From Candidatus Latescibacterota bacterium (GTDB taxonomy: Bacteria; Latescibacterota; UBA2968; UBA8231): a stretch of 64,000 nt of DNA. The notes beneath the pieces are model-generated. The model did no database searches. It was given only the letters and a program-made list of their open reading frames with translations, and had not been told where the DNA came from. Below are positions 1 through 9,266 of the stretch, one piece after another. A program made the translations under genes and the position numbers. Within the stretch, counting starts at the first letter, position 1. Each line of letters opens with the position of its first letter. The stretch lies in the NCBI GenBank assembly GCA_965208105.1, contig OZ242318.1:1248001-1312000 (forward strand), read 5' to 3'.

Positions 1-383
1 ATGGAATCGGTGCCCAGGGTGGCGAAGGCCGCCTCCTCGGGATCCACCCCCGCCGGAACCGGAGCGAACATGTTGCGCGGAATCGAGCAGTAGTCCCCGT
101 GCCAGGCCATCTGCAGACCTCCGCCCGCCACCAGGTCGCCGGGGGCCGCGGGCTTGCCGCAGTCGGGACCCACCTCCTCTACGCGGCCGCAGTTGCTGCA
201 CCCCAGGACCTCGGGGGGCTGGGGATCGGCAGCGCCCCGGCGGCTGCGGACGATCCACGATTCCGTGCCCGTATTTATCAACGAGTAGAGGGTCCGCGTC
301 ACCACCCCGTTGGGCCGCGGTGTTGGCCTTGCGCCCTCCTGCACCGTCACCAGTCCCCGCCCATCGACTGCAACCTGCCTCAT
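1..383 (-). CDS. Zinc-binding alcohol dehydrogenase/MDR-family oxidoreductase, N-terminal part (runs off window edge)
   Basis: Not in the ORF track. Manual translation from ATG at 383 gives MRQVAVDGRG...YSLINTGTE...LGCSNCGRVEEVG...PGDLV...HGDYCSIP...VPAGVDPEEAAF, a GroES-like MDR N-terminus. Confidence 0.75.
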   Translation of the reverse strand, partial: MRQVAVDGRGLVTVQEGARPTPRPNGVVTRTLYSLINTGTESWIVRSRRGAADPQPPEVLGCSNCGRVEEVGPDCGKPAAPGDLVAGGGLQMAWHGDYCSIPRNMFAPVPAGVDPEEAAFATLGTDS

Positions 384-425
384 TTCCTTGCCCTTTCCGT
401 ATATGGAGCCACGATCATATCCCGG

Positions 426-1376
426 TCAATCCTCGATCAGACCGTCCATTATCCGCTGCCCGAGCGCCATGGTCTTGACCGCCTCGTCCAGGTTGGCGGC
501 GGGCAGCCCGATCTCCCTCCCGTCCCTGATGCACTCTATGAAGAAACGGTCTTCCAGCTCGGTGCCGTCCGGCCCATCCTTCGAAACTGGCCGGGTCTCG
601 CCGTCCTTGTAGACCATAACCCCCTCGCGCTCGATATAGGCGCATACGTCCCTGCCGTGGATTTCGTAGCGCTCCAGACGCGGCGTGCTGGTCATGTTGA
701 AGGTGAGCTGTGCGACGCAGCCGTTGGCGAAGAGAACCAGGGCCGCGTGCACGTCCTTGTGGTCGTGAACGGCGCGGCGCACCAAGCTGTGCACCTCGAC
801 CACCTCGGCACCACCGAGAAAGCGCACCAGGTCGATGGCGTGAATGGGGGTCTCCCAGAGGAAATTGTCCAGCAGGTGCTCGGGGAACCGGTTCAGGTCC
901 TCCAGGCGCGTCATGTTCTTGTGGAATTCTCCCACCAGCTGAACTATGGGACCATTGTCCCTGATCTCCTCGACCGCATTCCGGATCACCGGCTCGAAGC
1001 GGCGGTTCCATCCCACCATGCCCTGGGCCCCGCTGCGCGCCGCCGCCTCGTGCAGGCCCCGGGTCTCCTCCAGACTGAGTCCCGGCGGCTTCTCCAGAAA
1101 GGTGTGGACTCCGGCCTGCAGGCATGGCAGCGCGGCGATGGCGTTGATGTGCGCCGGTGTGGCGACGAATGCGGCGTCGAGCTTCTCGCTTCCCAGCATG
1201 TCCTCGATGCTGGCATAGCGCCCGGGAGCACCGAACTCCTCGGCCACGGCCTCGCGCAACTTCTCCACGGGGTCGCAGATGGCGGCGATCTCGACCCCTT
1301 CGAGGTTTCTGACGTTACCGAGATGCTGGCGGCCTTTGCCCCCCGCTCCCACCAGTGCGACGCGCAATGCGGACAT
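426..1376 (-). CDS. Gfo/Idh/MocA family oxidoreductase
   Basis: Rossmann motif ALVGAGGKG, EKP motif, GWNRRF and IHAID. Start set at MSALRV after a GGAGGAGG RBS. Confidence 0.9.
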   Translation of the reverse strand: MSALRVALVGAGGKGRQHLGNVRNLEGVEIAAICDPVEKLREAVAEEFGAPGRYASIEDMLGSEKLDAAFVATPAHINAIAALPCLQAGVHTFLEKPPGLSLEETRGLHEAAARSGAQGMVGWNRRFEPVIRNAVEEIRDNGPIVQLVGEFHKNMTRLEDLNRFPEHLLDNFLWETPIHAIDLVRFLGGAEVVEVHSLVRRAVHDHKDVHAALVLFANGCVAQLTFNMTSTPRLERYEIHGRDVCAYIEREGVMVYKDGETRPVSKDGPDGTELEDRFFIECIRDGREIGLPAANLDEAVKTMALGQRIMDGLIED

Positions 1377-1493
1377 GGTGCCTCCTCCATTGAGAATATT
1401 GATGATCCCTCCAGTTGCGCCGCCAGGGGCCGCAAGCTTCAGGCGCCGGGCCCCACCCCACGCCTTCGCCGGCAACTACGAGGATTCGTGAAA

Positions 1494-3314
1494 CTATCTC
1501 CACAGCATCAACGGCGCAACCTCCGGCACCGTGCCCGGGACCGCCTCTCCTTCCCTGTACGGGGTAAGGAGTATCGCGATGCGCCCTCTCTTCAGCCGGT
1601 CCAGGCGCAGTGCCAGCTTGCGCACCCCGGGTTGCTGCTTCTGCGGCTCCGGCGCATCGCTTCCCTCCACCTCGAAGAAAACCCCCTCGGGCTCGAGGAT
1701 GCGCGCCTGCAGACGGGCATCCCCCTGAACCAGGGTGGCCTCCCTCCCTGCGGTCTCGATCTCCGCCTCGGTGAGCATTCCCCAGTGCACCTCGGCGCAG
1801 GCCTCCAGGTGGACCTCGTCCTGGACCAGGACCTGCCGCCGCTGCCGCAGCGCAACGCCGCGCCACACCCGCCGCGCACCCTTGTAGGCCTCGGTCAAAT
1901 CCGCGATGGCGAAGGCATCCCCGGAGGTCGAAGCGAAGCGCAGGATGGTCGTTCTCGCGGTGGGGTTCTGAAAGGTATTGCCGATCACAAGGGTATTGTG
2001 GCTCCGGGTTCCCAATCGGTAGATCTCCCAGCGCTCCTTCACCCGGCCGCTGTGCAGGAGGAAATCGCGGATTTCGTACTCTTCCATCCCCAGGTCGAGG
2101 GCCCAGCGCCATCCCAGGGCGTCCAGCACGAAGCTTCCCAGGTCCATGTGTCCGTGGCTGACGCCGCCCTCGCCGCCCTTGAACCCCACGAAAATGGCGT
2201 TCCCGTCATCCCATCCACTGCGGAAACAGGCGACCTCGACCTTGCGGAATAGGGCGTCCAGGGGCAGCTCCGGCGCCTCCCCGCCATTGGCTTCGAACCA
2301 CAGCAGATCCTGCGCCAGGGCTCCTTCGTTGCGCGGCAGTCCCTTGGGGTCCAGGTGATGGTCGTCCAACCACTGGAGCTGGTGCCGTGCATAGTGCGGC
2401 TTGTGGAACCTGCGCGCCAGCCAGAACATCTCCGGGGCTCCCCCCGCTTCCTCGTAGCCGTCGCCGTAGTTGAAGGTCTTGCCCAATGGTCCCACGGTGT
2501 GGATGCGGAAGTCTCCGCTGCAGTCGAATCCCGGCATGCCGGCCAGACCGAAGTCTTCGCCGAGAGCGGTCTCCAGGGACTGGAGGAAGTAAACCAGGTA
2601 GCGGGTGCCGTAGTGCCAGTACAGGATTCCTTCGTCCCATCCCCCGTCGGGAGCGTAGGTTTCCATTGCCCGGCGGAGGGATGCCAGGGCCCGGGCCAGG
2701 ACCTGCTCCGCCAGCTCCGGCTCTTCGTCGGCGACGGCGAGGGCCCCGATGCCGAGGCCTCCGTTGCACACCTGGTTCCAGTTGGTGCCGCGCATGGCGA
2801 AGTGGTGTTCTTCCCGGTAGGCCGCGACCCCCGCGGCCAGCCCCTTGGCGGCAATGGCACGGCGAACCGTGCTCCGGGTCTCCCCGTCCAGGCAGTGGTA
2901 GAGCCAGTCGTAGCCGATGCCCAGGGCATGGGTCATCTCGGCCGTATCGAGAAAATGAGCGGGATTCCAGTCGGGAAAGGCGGCGGCGGCCAGCATCTCA
3001 TCGGCGGCGCGGCGGGCGAAGCGCTCGTCCCCTTCCAGCCGGTAGACGAGCGCCAGGGTGTATATCCGCTCCAGGCAGAGCCGGCTCACGGGCAGGAGCA
3101 CCCACACCTTGTCGAGACTGCGGTCGGCGTAGCCCCCTCTGCCCACCAGCTTGAACTCGACGGCAGGCTCGTCCAGCAGGCGCAGCGCGGCGGCGTGCAG
3201 CCTGTCCCTGAGGGCTCGCGCCCGCTCGTCCTCCCCGACCAGCGTGCGCACCCGCTCCAGGTCCTCCTCCAAGGCAAGCAGGCGCGGATGGCCGCCTCGC
3301 AGTTTCTCGAACAT
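1494..3314 (-). CDS. Heparinase II/III-like protein (alpha/alpha toroid plus beta-sandwich), no signal peptide
   Basis: HPRLL N-terminus, WNPAHFLDTAE, NWNQVCNGG, EGILYWHYG, HGHMDLGSF and HNTL motifs typical of heparinase II/III-like proteins. Strong AAGGAGGAG RBS. Confidence 0.8.
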   Translation of the reverse strand: MFEKLRGGHPRLLALEEDLERVRTLVGEDERARALRDRLHAAALRLLDEPAVEFKLVGRGGYADRSLDKVWVLLPVSRLCLERIYTLALVYRLEGDERFARRAADEMLAAAAFPDWNPAHFLDTAEMTHALGIGYDWLYHCLDGETRSTVRRAIAAKGLAAGVAAYREEHHFAMRGTNWNQVCNGGLGIGALAVADEEPELAEQVLARALASLRRAMETYAPDGGWDEGILYWHYGTRYLVYFLQSLETALGEDFGLAGMPGFDCSGDFRIHTVGPLGKTFNYGDGYEEAGGAPEMFWLARRFHKPHYARHQLQWLDDHHLDPKGLPRNEGALAQDLLWFEANGGEAPELPLDALFRKVEVACFRSGWDDGNAIFVGFKGGEGGVSHGHMDLGSFVLDALGWRWALDLGMEEYEIRDFLLHSGRVKERWEIYRLGTRSHNTLVIGNTFQNPTARTTILRFASTSGDAFAIADLTEAYKGARRVWRGVALRQRRQVLVQDEVHLEACAEVHWGMLTEAEIETAGREATLVQGDARLQARILEPEGVFFEVEGSDAPEPQKQQPGVRKLALRLDRLKRGRIAILLTPYREGEAVPGTVPEVAPLMLWR

Positions 3315-3335
3315 GGGGCCTCTCCTCCTTCTTAG

Positions 3336-3495
3336 TGTCCCGTCGCAGAGACAGGTTGACGCAATTGGGCCGCCGAGGCGCCCGGCTCACAAGGCGCCTG
3401 AGCGAGTCGTACCAGTAGTGTACGGCGAGTGAAGGCAACGCCGTAAGCCGGGATGGATCGGCGGGAAAATGGCGACATATTTCTGCGACGGGACA
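3336..3495 (+). mobile_element. 160-bp MITE-like inverted-repeat element, family A, copy 1
   Basis: 14-bp TIRs TGTCCCGTCGCAGA / TCTGCGACGGGACA, flanked by CTTAG on both sides. Near-identical copies at 50557-50716 and, inverted, 58409-58568. Confidence 0.85.
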
Positions 3496-3502
3496 CTTAG
3501 GC

Positions 3503-4240
3503 TTACAGGTCCAGGAGACGGATCGCGTTCAGACCCAGAACCCTGCGCTTGGCATCCTCCGGGATGTCGGCGGTGACGATCCGTCCCAGTTGATAGCGCA
3601 CCTCCTGTTCGGGCATGTCCGAACCGAAGAGCACCCGGTCCGCTCCCGCCCCGTGGACCAGGTATTCGATGGTGCGGCTGTCGCCGAAGGAAGTGGAGAC
3701 CTCCAGATAGATGTTGGCGCAGGCCTGCGCCGCCGCCACGGCGTCGGCCTGGCCCAGGGGGCCGTTGCCCGCGTGGGCGATCACCCAGCGCACCCGGGGG
3801 AAACGCCGCGCCACGCCGATGTAGCGCCGCGGCTCGGGCCAGCGGTCGTGGTGGCTCATCACCACCAGGTCCCGCGCGTCGGCCCAGGAAAAGACCGGGT
3901 CGAACGCGGGATCGTCTATGGGCCTGCCCAGGTAGGCCGGATAGAGCTTGATGTACTTCATCCCCAGTCCGTCGATGCAGCGCTCCAACTCCGGAACCAT
4001 CTCCTCGGGGTAGTGGGGGTTGACGAAGCAGGAGCCGATGAAGCGGTCCGGATGGCGGTCCACCAACCGGGCCGTCATGTCGTTGCCGTAGCGGGCGTCC
4101 CCGTACCAGACGTTGAAGACACAGGCCCGATCGACGCCCGCCGCGTCCATGATCCGCAAAAAGCGGCCGGGGTCATCGTCCATGCGCAGGTAGCCGCAGC
4201 GGCCGACGTGGTTGTGGAAGTCGATGACGGGGGTATCCAT
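3503..4240 (-). CDS. Amidohydrolase family protein (Amidohydro_2), metal ligands intact
   Basis: IDFHNH (HxH), IKLYP, MSHH, IAHAG, LFGSDMP. Confidence 0.85.
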   Translation of the reverse strand: MDTPVIDFHNHVGRCGYLRMDDDPGRFLRIMDAAGVDRACVFNVWYGDARYGNDMTARLVDRHPDRFIGSCFVNPHYPEEMVPELERCIDGLGMKYIKLYPAYLGRPIDDPAFDPVFSWADARDLVVMSHHDRWPEPRRYIGVARRFPRVRWVIAHAGNGPLGQADAVAAAQACANIYLEVSTSFGDSRTIEYLVHGAGADRVLFGSDMPEQEVRYQLGRIVTADIPEDAKRRVLGLNAIRLLDL

Positions 4241-4242
4241 TT

Positions 4243-5037
4243 TCACTCCTTTCCCAGGAGGAGGTCCAGGTTGGCGGAGCACACGGCGCGCAAATCGTCC
4301 TCGCTCAACCCGGACCGGTGCAGGCTGTAGAGCTGCGCCGCCATGGGCGAATCAGGGTACCTGGACCCGTAGATCACGCGCTCCACTCCCGCCGTTTCCA
4401 GGAGCAGGGAGATCCCGTCGGTGATGACGAAGCGCGAGATCTCCACGTAGATGTTGGGCAGGCTCCTGAGCAGGGGCAGAACCCAGGGAACGTGCCTTAT
4501 CTGCGCCTCGCACAGCACCACGCGGACACGGGGATGGGCCTTGAGGGTGTCGTGCAGCGCCTCCGGGTCCAGCTGGGTGGAGTCCAGGTCCTCCCGCCTC
4601 GCGGGAATGCCGTAGTTCACCGGCATCCAGACGGGAATGGCCTCCGCCGCCGCCCACTCCAGCCACGGTCCCACGACCCAGTCGCGGAAGGGGTAGTTGT
4701 GCATCTTCGGCAGCAGGCGTATGGAGCGCACCCCGTGCGCCGCGAGCTCCGCGGAGAACTCGTCCATTTGGTCGAAGGTGGGGTTGCAGGCGAACTGCGG
4801 CACCAGGCGCGGGAAGCCGGCGATGGACTCGAGCAGGTAGCTGTTGCCCTGGAGCGAATCGTAGGCCGCCGCGTGGGGCGCGTAGACCAGGGCGCGCTCT
4901 ACCCCCGTCCGGTCCATTTCGGCGATGGTAGCCGCCGCGGTATCCACGCTCTGGCGCCGGTTGTGCCTCCTTCCCAGGGCCACGTTGGCGTCGAAGACCG
5001 GCACCGCAGGCATGAAGTCCAGGTCTACCCGTCCCAT
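4243..5037 (-). CDS. Amidohydrolase-fold protein with degenerate metal site
   Basis: Same TIM-barrel pattern as its neighbour (NIYVEIS, GVERVIYGS), but FDANV replaces HxH and GSRYP replaces GSDxP. Confidence 0.7.
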   Translation of the reverse strand: MGRVDLDFMPAVPVFDANVALGRRHNRRQSVDTAAATIAEMDRTGVERALVYAPHAAAYDSLQGNSYLLESIAGFPRLVPQFACNPTFDQMDEFSAELAAHGVRSIRLLPKMHNYPFRDWVVGPWLEWAAAEAIPVWMPVNYGIPARREDLDSTQLDPEALHDTLKAHPRVRVVLCEAQIRHVPWVLPLLRSLPNIYVEISRFVITDGISLLLETAGVERVIYGSRYPDSPMAAQLYSLHRSGLSEDDLRAVCSANLDLLLGKE

Positions 5038-5885
5038 CGCTTTTCCCGGTAGTCCCTGAGCCAGCGCACACTCTCAGCGACCGCCGTCTCCTCATCCGGC
5101 CAGTCGGGATGCATGTTCGACATTTCGATCATCACCGGGCCGTCGAATCCGCCTTCCCTGAGCCGGTCCAGGGCGCCTTCGATGTCCATGGTCCCGCGCC
5201 CGAGTGGCGCGCTGGGCCAGGAAGCGAGGGGATTCCCCCTGGATTCCTCGAGAACCACCAGGTCTTTCAGGTGCACCATCCGGGTCAGCGGGGCGACGCG
5301 CTCCGCTCCCTGCAGCAGGTCGGCTCCGAGCCGGACGCAGTTGCCCAGATCGAAAACCGCGCCGAAGTTGTCCTCCCCCACCCGCTCGATCAAATCTCCG
5401 AGCTCGGGGGGGGTGAAATCCGCGTGATTCTCCAGGGCCAGCTCCACGCCCAGACCGGCGGCCCTTCCGCTCAGCCTGCGGAGGACGGGAACCAGGCGCC
5501 GGACCTGGTCCTCCACCGGCTCCCTGCCGCGATAGGTGGGATATCCGGCGACGATGCGCACCAGCCTGACTCCGCCGGCGGCGGCGAACTCGAGGAAGCG
5601 CCCGAGCTCCGCCTCCGCCTCGGTGGAGCCGCCCATCTTCAACCCGTCAGGATGACCCCACTCGAAGACCACCTCGCCGAAGCGGCCGTTTCTCTGCATC
5701 GACGCCGCAGCGGACAGTTCCTCCAGCGCGGCGAACGCCGTCTGGATCGAAACCCCATCCGCCCCCAGCTCTTCCGCCCGGTCGAGGAAATCCGCAAGGG
5801 TCCAGCGCACCCCCGGGTCCCTCTCCCAGGGCATGACCGCGCCGAAGAAACGGTGGTAGCTGAACTGGTTGATCCCGATCTTCAC
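5025..5885 (-). CDS. Sugar phosphate isomerase/epimerase (xylose isomerase-like TIM barrel)
   Basis: LALENH, FDLGN, VHLKD, PLGRG, GFDGPVMIE. GTG start. Confidence 0.85.
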   Translation of the reverse strand: MKIGINQFSYHRFFGAVMPWERDPGVRWTLADFLDRAEELGADGVSIQTAFAALEELSAAASMQRNGRFGEVVFEWGHPDGLKMGGSTEAEAELGRFLEFAAAGGVRLVRIVAGYPTYRGREPVEDQVRRLVPVLRRLSGRAAGLGVELALENHADFTPPELGDLIERVGEDNFGAVFDLGNCVRLGADLLQGAERVAPLTRMVHLKDLVVLEESRGNPLASWPSAPLGRGTMDIEGALDRLREGGFDGPVMIEMSNMHPDWPDEETAVAESVRWLRDYREKRWDG

Positions 5886-5894
5886 GAGCCAGGC

Positions 5895-7433
5895 TCAAGC
5901 GAGGTAGACCGCGAAGAGCCGGGGGTCTTCGCGCCGGATCCCCTCCCAGTCGACCCGCACCCGGACCGGGTGGCCGAACCCTTCCAGGACGTCCCGTTCG
6001 CGCCAGGTCACCTGCTGGCGCAGACCGGGCTGTTCGAGCCCGATGCAGTCTGCTTTCGAGTAGCCGGGAATGGGCCTGAACTGCTCGTCGAGCAGCTCGA
6101 CTTTCAGCCGGCCGTGCTGGTTCAGACGGTCGGCGTTGACGAATACCCTGGCCGCCCCGCCCTCGAGTGAAACGGGGCAGGAGATGCAGTGGGGTTCGTA
6201 GGCCCCTGCCGCCGAGCCGTAGTTGCGGCCGCAGGGCGAGAACCAGCCGAAGCGATCGCGCTCCCAGGTGGCGACCCACACCCCGGTCATGGACTTGGGG
6301 TTGTCCATGTGCCAGGTGGAGGCTTCCTCGCGCCAGACGCTGAACCAGTAGACGGAGCGGTCGCCGATGTTGGCCCAGGCATTGCGCTGCAGCAGGCGCG
6401 GCGCCGCGTAACCGCCCGCACCGGGCCCCTCCGGGCAGCGGATCTCGTAGGAGTGGACCATCTTGAAATCCGGTACGGGCTCGGTGTAGTGCATGGCGTC
6501 GTGGCTGACCGCGAAACCCAGGTCGAGCACCACGTCCCGGCGGTCGTTGGTGGAGCTGCGGTACTGCCCGTAGAGGCCGAGGAGAAGATTGCCCCGGTTC
6601 CACGTGGCCACTCCCTCGTGGATCTGCTCCCCCGAGTGCCCCTCGAAGGTTTCCGGGGCCCGGGGAGGAACGGGGTCGCGGCGCAGTCCCATGGCCGCGG
6701 CGTGGGTCCAGTGGACGAAATCGTAGGAGGCGAAGGTGACCACCAGGCGCTTGGATGCCTGCCTTATGGGATGAGGGATGGGGCGGTTCAATGATGAAGG
6801 TCCGCCCTGGCCGTTGACGTAGTAGCAATCCCCCCACTTCTGGATATTGCCCCCCTCGAGGCCGGTGGCGAAGATGTCGTCGCTTTCGGCCGCCCGCACC
6901 CAGTGCAGGCCGTCGGCGCTGAACGAGGCGCTCTGGCGCAGCGGTCCGGAGGTGGCGAAAATAGATTTGAAGCGCCTCGAGGGATCGGGGTCCCCGGGGT
7001 CGAAGAAAACCGAGCTGCCGCAGGGGCCGGCAACCCGGTTGTTGTCCTTGCCGCCCCTTTCTTCCACCAACCCAAGGCGCGGCCGCTCCCAGTTGAAGCC
7101 GTCCTTGGAAACGGCGTAGAGACCGGGCCGGCGGCGGCCATCGTCGTCGCCCCCTACGTACCACATGCGGAACTCGCCGTCCACCTGGTAGACGTGGGGG
7201 CAGATGATCTCGGTGGAATCCAGCGATCCCGGGGGACCGTAGGTCAGCACCGGGCCGTCAGGGTGGCGCTCGTCGAGGTCCACGCTGAGCCCGTGGTCCA
7301 TCTCGGCCTGGTTGGTGCGGCCGGCCTGCAGGCTCAGGTTGACGTCGCGCAGGAAGGGCATGCTGCCGCGGTCGAAGGGAAAGAGCACGGCCTCCCCGAT
7401 GGAAAAGGCTGGACTCGAGTTCAAGGCTCTCAT
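5895..7433 (-). CDS. Uncharacterised Asp-box beta-propeller protein (glycoside hydrolase five-bladed propeller-like), paralog 1
   Basis: Repeated SxDGxxW-like boxes (SKDGFNW, SADGLHW, SYDFVHW), DPxRRFK, and a C-terminal VELLD...PIPGYS..DC domain. Confidence 0.7.
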   Translation of the reverse strand: MRALNSSPAFSIGEAVLFPFDRGSMPFLRDVNLSLQAGRTNQAEMDHGLSVDLDERHPDGPVLTYGPPGSLDSTEIICPHVYQVDGEFRMWYVGGDDDGRRRPGLYAVSKDGFNWERPRLGLVEERGGKDNNRVAGPCGSSVFFDPGDPDPSRRFKSIFATSGPLRQSASFSADGLHWVRAAESDDIFATGLEGGNIQKWGDCYYVNGQGGPSSLNRPIPHPIRQASKRLVVTFASYDFVHWTHAAAMGLRRDPVPPRAPETFEGHSGEQIHEGVATWNRGNLLLGLYGQYRSSTNDRRDVVLDLGFAVSHDAMHYTEPVPDFKMVHSYEIRCPEGPGAGGYAAPRLLQRNAWANIGDRSVYWFSVWREEASTWHMDNPKSMTGVWVATWERDRFGWFSPCGRNYGSAAGAYEPHCISCPVSLEGGAARVFVNADRLNQHGRLKVELLDEQFRPIPGYSKADCIGLEQPGLRQQVTWRERDVLEGFGHPVRVRVDWEGIRREDPRLFAVYLA

Positions 7434-7450
7434 TGCATCCTCCTCCCCCT

Positions 7451-8968
7451 CTAGTTGACGTACACGGCGAAGAGCCGGGCGTCCTCGGGACGCAGGCCCT
7501 CCCAGTTCACCCGCACGCGCACGGGATGATCGAATTTCCCCACCACCTCCCCGTGGCGCCAGCGCACCGGCTGGCGCAGGCCAGGATCACCCAGGACCAC
7601 GCAGTCCTCGCCGGAATAACCCGGAATGGGCATGAATTCACGGTTCAGCAGCTCGACCCTGAGCTGGCTGTGCGCCCCCACCCGGTCGGCGTTGACGAAG
7701 ATGCGGCGGCCATCGCCCTCCAGCTCGATGGGGCAGGAGATGCAGTGGGGTTCGTAGGTCCCCGCGCCCCAGTCCAGATCGGGACCGCAGGGTCTGAAGA
7801 ACCCCAGGCGGTCGCGCTCCCAGGTGGCCGCCCATACCCCGGTGAGGGCGACGGGATTGTTCTTGGCCCAGGTGGAGGCTTCCTCGCGCCAGACGCTGAA
7901 CCAGTAGACGGTGCGGTCTTCGATGTTGGCCCAGGCATTGCGCTGCACCAGGCGCGGCGCGGCGTAGCCTACCCCGCCGGGGCCCTGCAGCTCGTAGGAG
8001 TGGATCATCTTGAAATCGGGCACCGGCTCCTTGAACTCCAGGCCGTTGTGGCTCAGGGCTAATCCGAGATCGAGGACCACGTCGCGGCGGTCGTTGGTGG
8101 GACTGCGGTACTGGCCGTAGAGACTGAGCAGGACGTTGCCCCGGTCCCAGACCGCCATCCCTTCGTGGACCTGCTCGCCGGAGTGGCCTTCGAAGGTCTC
8201 CGGAGGCAGCGGCGGAACGGGGTCGCGGCGAAAGCTCAGGGCGGCGGCGTGGGTCCAGTTGACGAAATCGTAGGAGGCGTAGGTGATGACGATGCGCTTG
8301 GACGCCTGGGTGATGGGAGAGGGCACCGAGCGGTTCCACTCGGAAGGACCGCCCTGGCCGTTGACGTAATAGCATCCTCCCCACTTGAAGATGTGGCCGC
8401 ATTCCATGTCGATGCCGAAGAGCTTGCGGTCCGGACCGGAAGCCGTCCAGCGCAGGCCATCGGGGCTGAAAGCGGTGTTGGACCCGCATCCGGTGATGGT
8501 CTTGAAGCGGCGGCCGGGGTCGGGGTCGTCCGGTTCGTAGAGGATCCACTCGCCGCAGGGGCCCTGGACCAGGTTGTTGTCCGCGCTGCCGTCGACCTCC
8601 ACCAGACCGAGACCGGGCCGCTCCCAGTGAAAGCCGTCACCGGAAACGGCGTAGAGGCCGCACCGGCGCCGGTAGTTGTCGTCGGCCCCGATGTACCACA
8701 TGCGATACTCGCCGTCCACGTGGAACACGTTGGGGCATATCACCTCGGTAGAGTCCAGCGACCCCGGAGGCCCGGGGGAGAGCACCGGACCTGCCGGATG
8801 GCGCTCGTCCAGATCGAGGCTGAGCCCGTGTTCCATCTCCGCCTGGTTGGTGCGGCCGGCAACCAGGTTGGTGTGGAGGTCCCGGACGAATGGCATGCTG
8901 CACTCGTCGAAGGGAAACAGCACCACCTCGTTTAGGGAATCGGTCGGGCTGGAGTTCATGACCCGCAT
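7451..8968 (-). CDS. Uncharacterised Asp-box beta-propeller protein, paralog 2 (tandem duplicate of 5895-7433)
   Basis: Colinear with the previous ORF along its whole length; shared blocks such as PETFEGHSGEQ, TNDRRDVVLDLG and VYWFSVWREEASTW. Confidence 0.75.
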   Translation of the reverse strand: MRVMNSSPTDSLNEVVLFPFDECSMPFVRDLHTNLVAGRTNQAEMEHGLSLDLDERHPAGPVLSPGPPGSLDSTEVICPNVFHVDGEYRMWYIGADDNYRRRCGLYAVSGDGFHWERPGLGLVEVDGSADNNLVQGPCGEWILYEPDDPDPGRRFKTITGCGSNTAFSPDGLRWTASGPDRKLFGIDMECGHIFKWGGCYYVNGQGGPSEWNRSVPSPITQASKRIVITYASYDFVNWTHAAALSFRRDPVPPLPPETFEGHSGEQVHEGMAVWDRGNVLLSLYGQYRSPTNDRRDVVLDLGLALSHNGLEFKEPVPDFKMIHSYELQGPGGVGYAAPRLVQRNAWANIEDRTVYWFSVWREEASTWAKNNPVALTGVWAATWERDRLGFFRPCGPDLDWGAGTYEPHCISCPIELEGDGRRIFVNADRVGAHSQLRVELLNREFMPIPGYSGEDCVVLGDPGLRQPVRWRHGEVVGKFDHPVRVRVNWEGLRPEDARLFAVYVN

Positions 8969-9178
8969 CTACGGCATCTCCTCTCGGTGAACTGCCCGGA
9001 TCGCCTTGGGCGATATCCTCCGGATCAATCCTCCCCTCGGGGGAGGAGCCCTGCAAACAGGGCGCCGGCTTCCCAACCTGCGGCGCCCCTCCCGGTTTCA
9101 CGGGGCAGGGAAACTAACAACAATCCAGGCGCCGAACAATGCAACCCGGCAGGGACCGTCTCCATGTCCCCGCTTCAA

Positions 9179-9207
9179 TTGACTCCTCCGGGAGATTTTA
9201 CTATAAG
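9179..9207 (+). promoter_or_regulatory. Sigma70-type promoter for the cupin/dehydrogenase pair
   Basis: TTGACT-17 bp-TATAAG, about 60 bp upstream of the ATG at 9267. Confidence 0.55.
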
Positions 9208-9266
9208 ACAAACCGACGCCCCCCATCCCTCATTCCACCGCGCCCATCGCTGAAAGGAATCCCGCT

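Noticed and set aside
99-2252. 717-aa plus-strand ORF
   Set aside because: Antisense shadow of recognisable minus-strand genes; it has no motifs, and long stop-free antisense frames are expected at high GC.
2998-3438. Small ORFs with similar peptides at 2998-3438, 50405-50659 and 58327-58572 (e.g. HYWYDSLRRLVSRAP)
   Set aside because: The similarity comes from translating the repeated 160-bp element; there is no RBS and no consistent frame or length.
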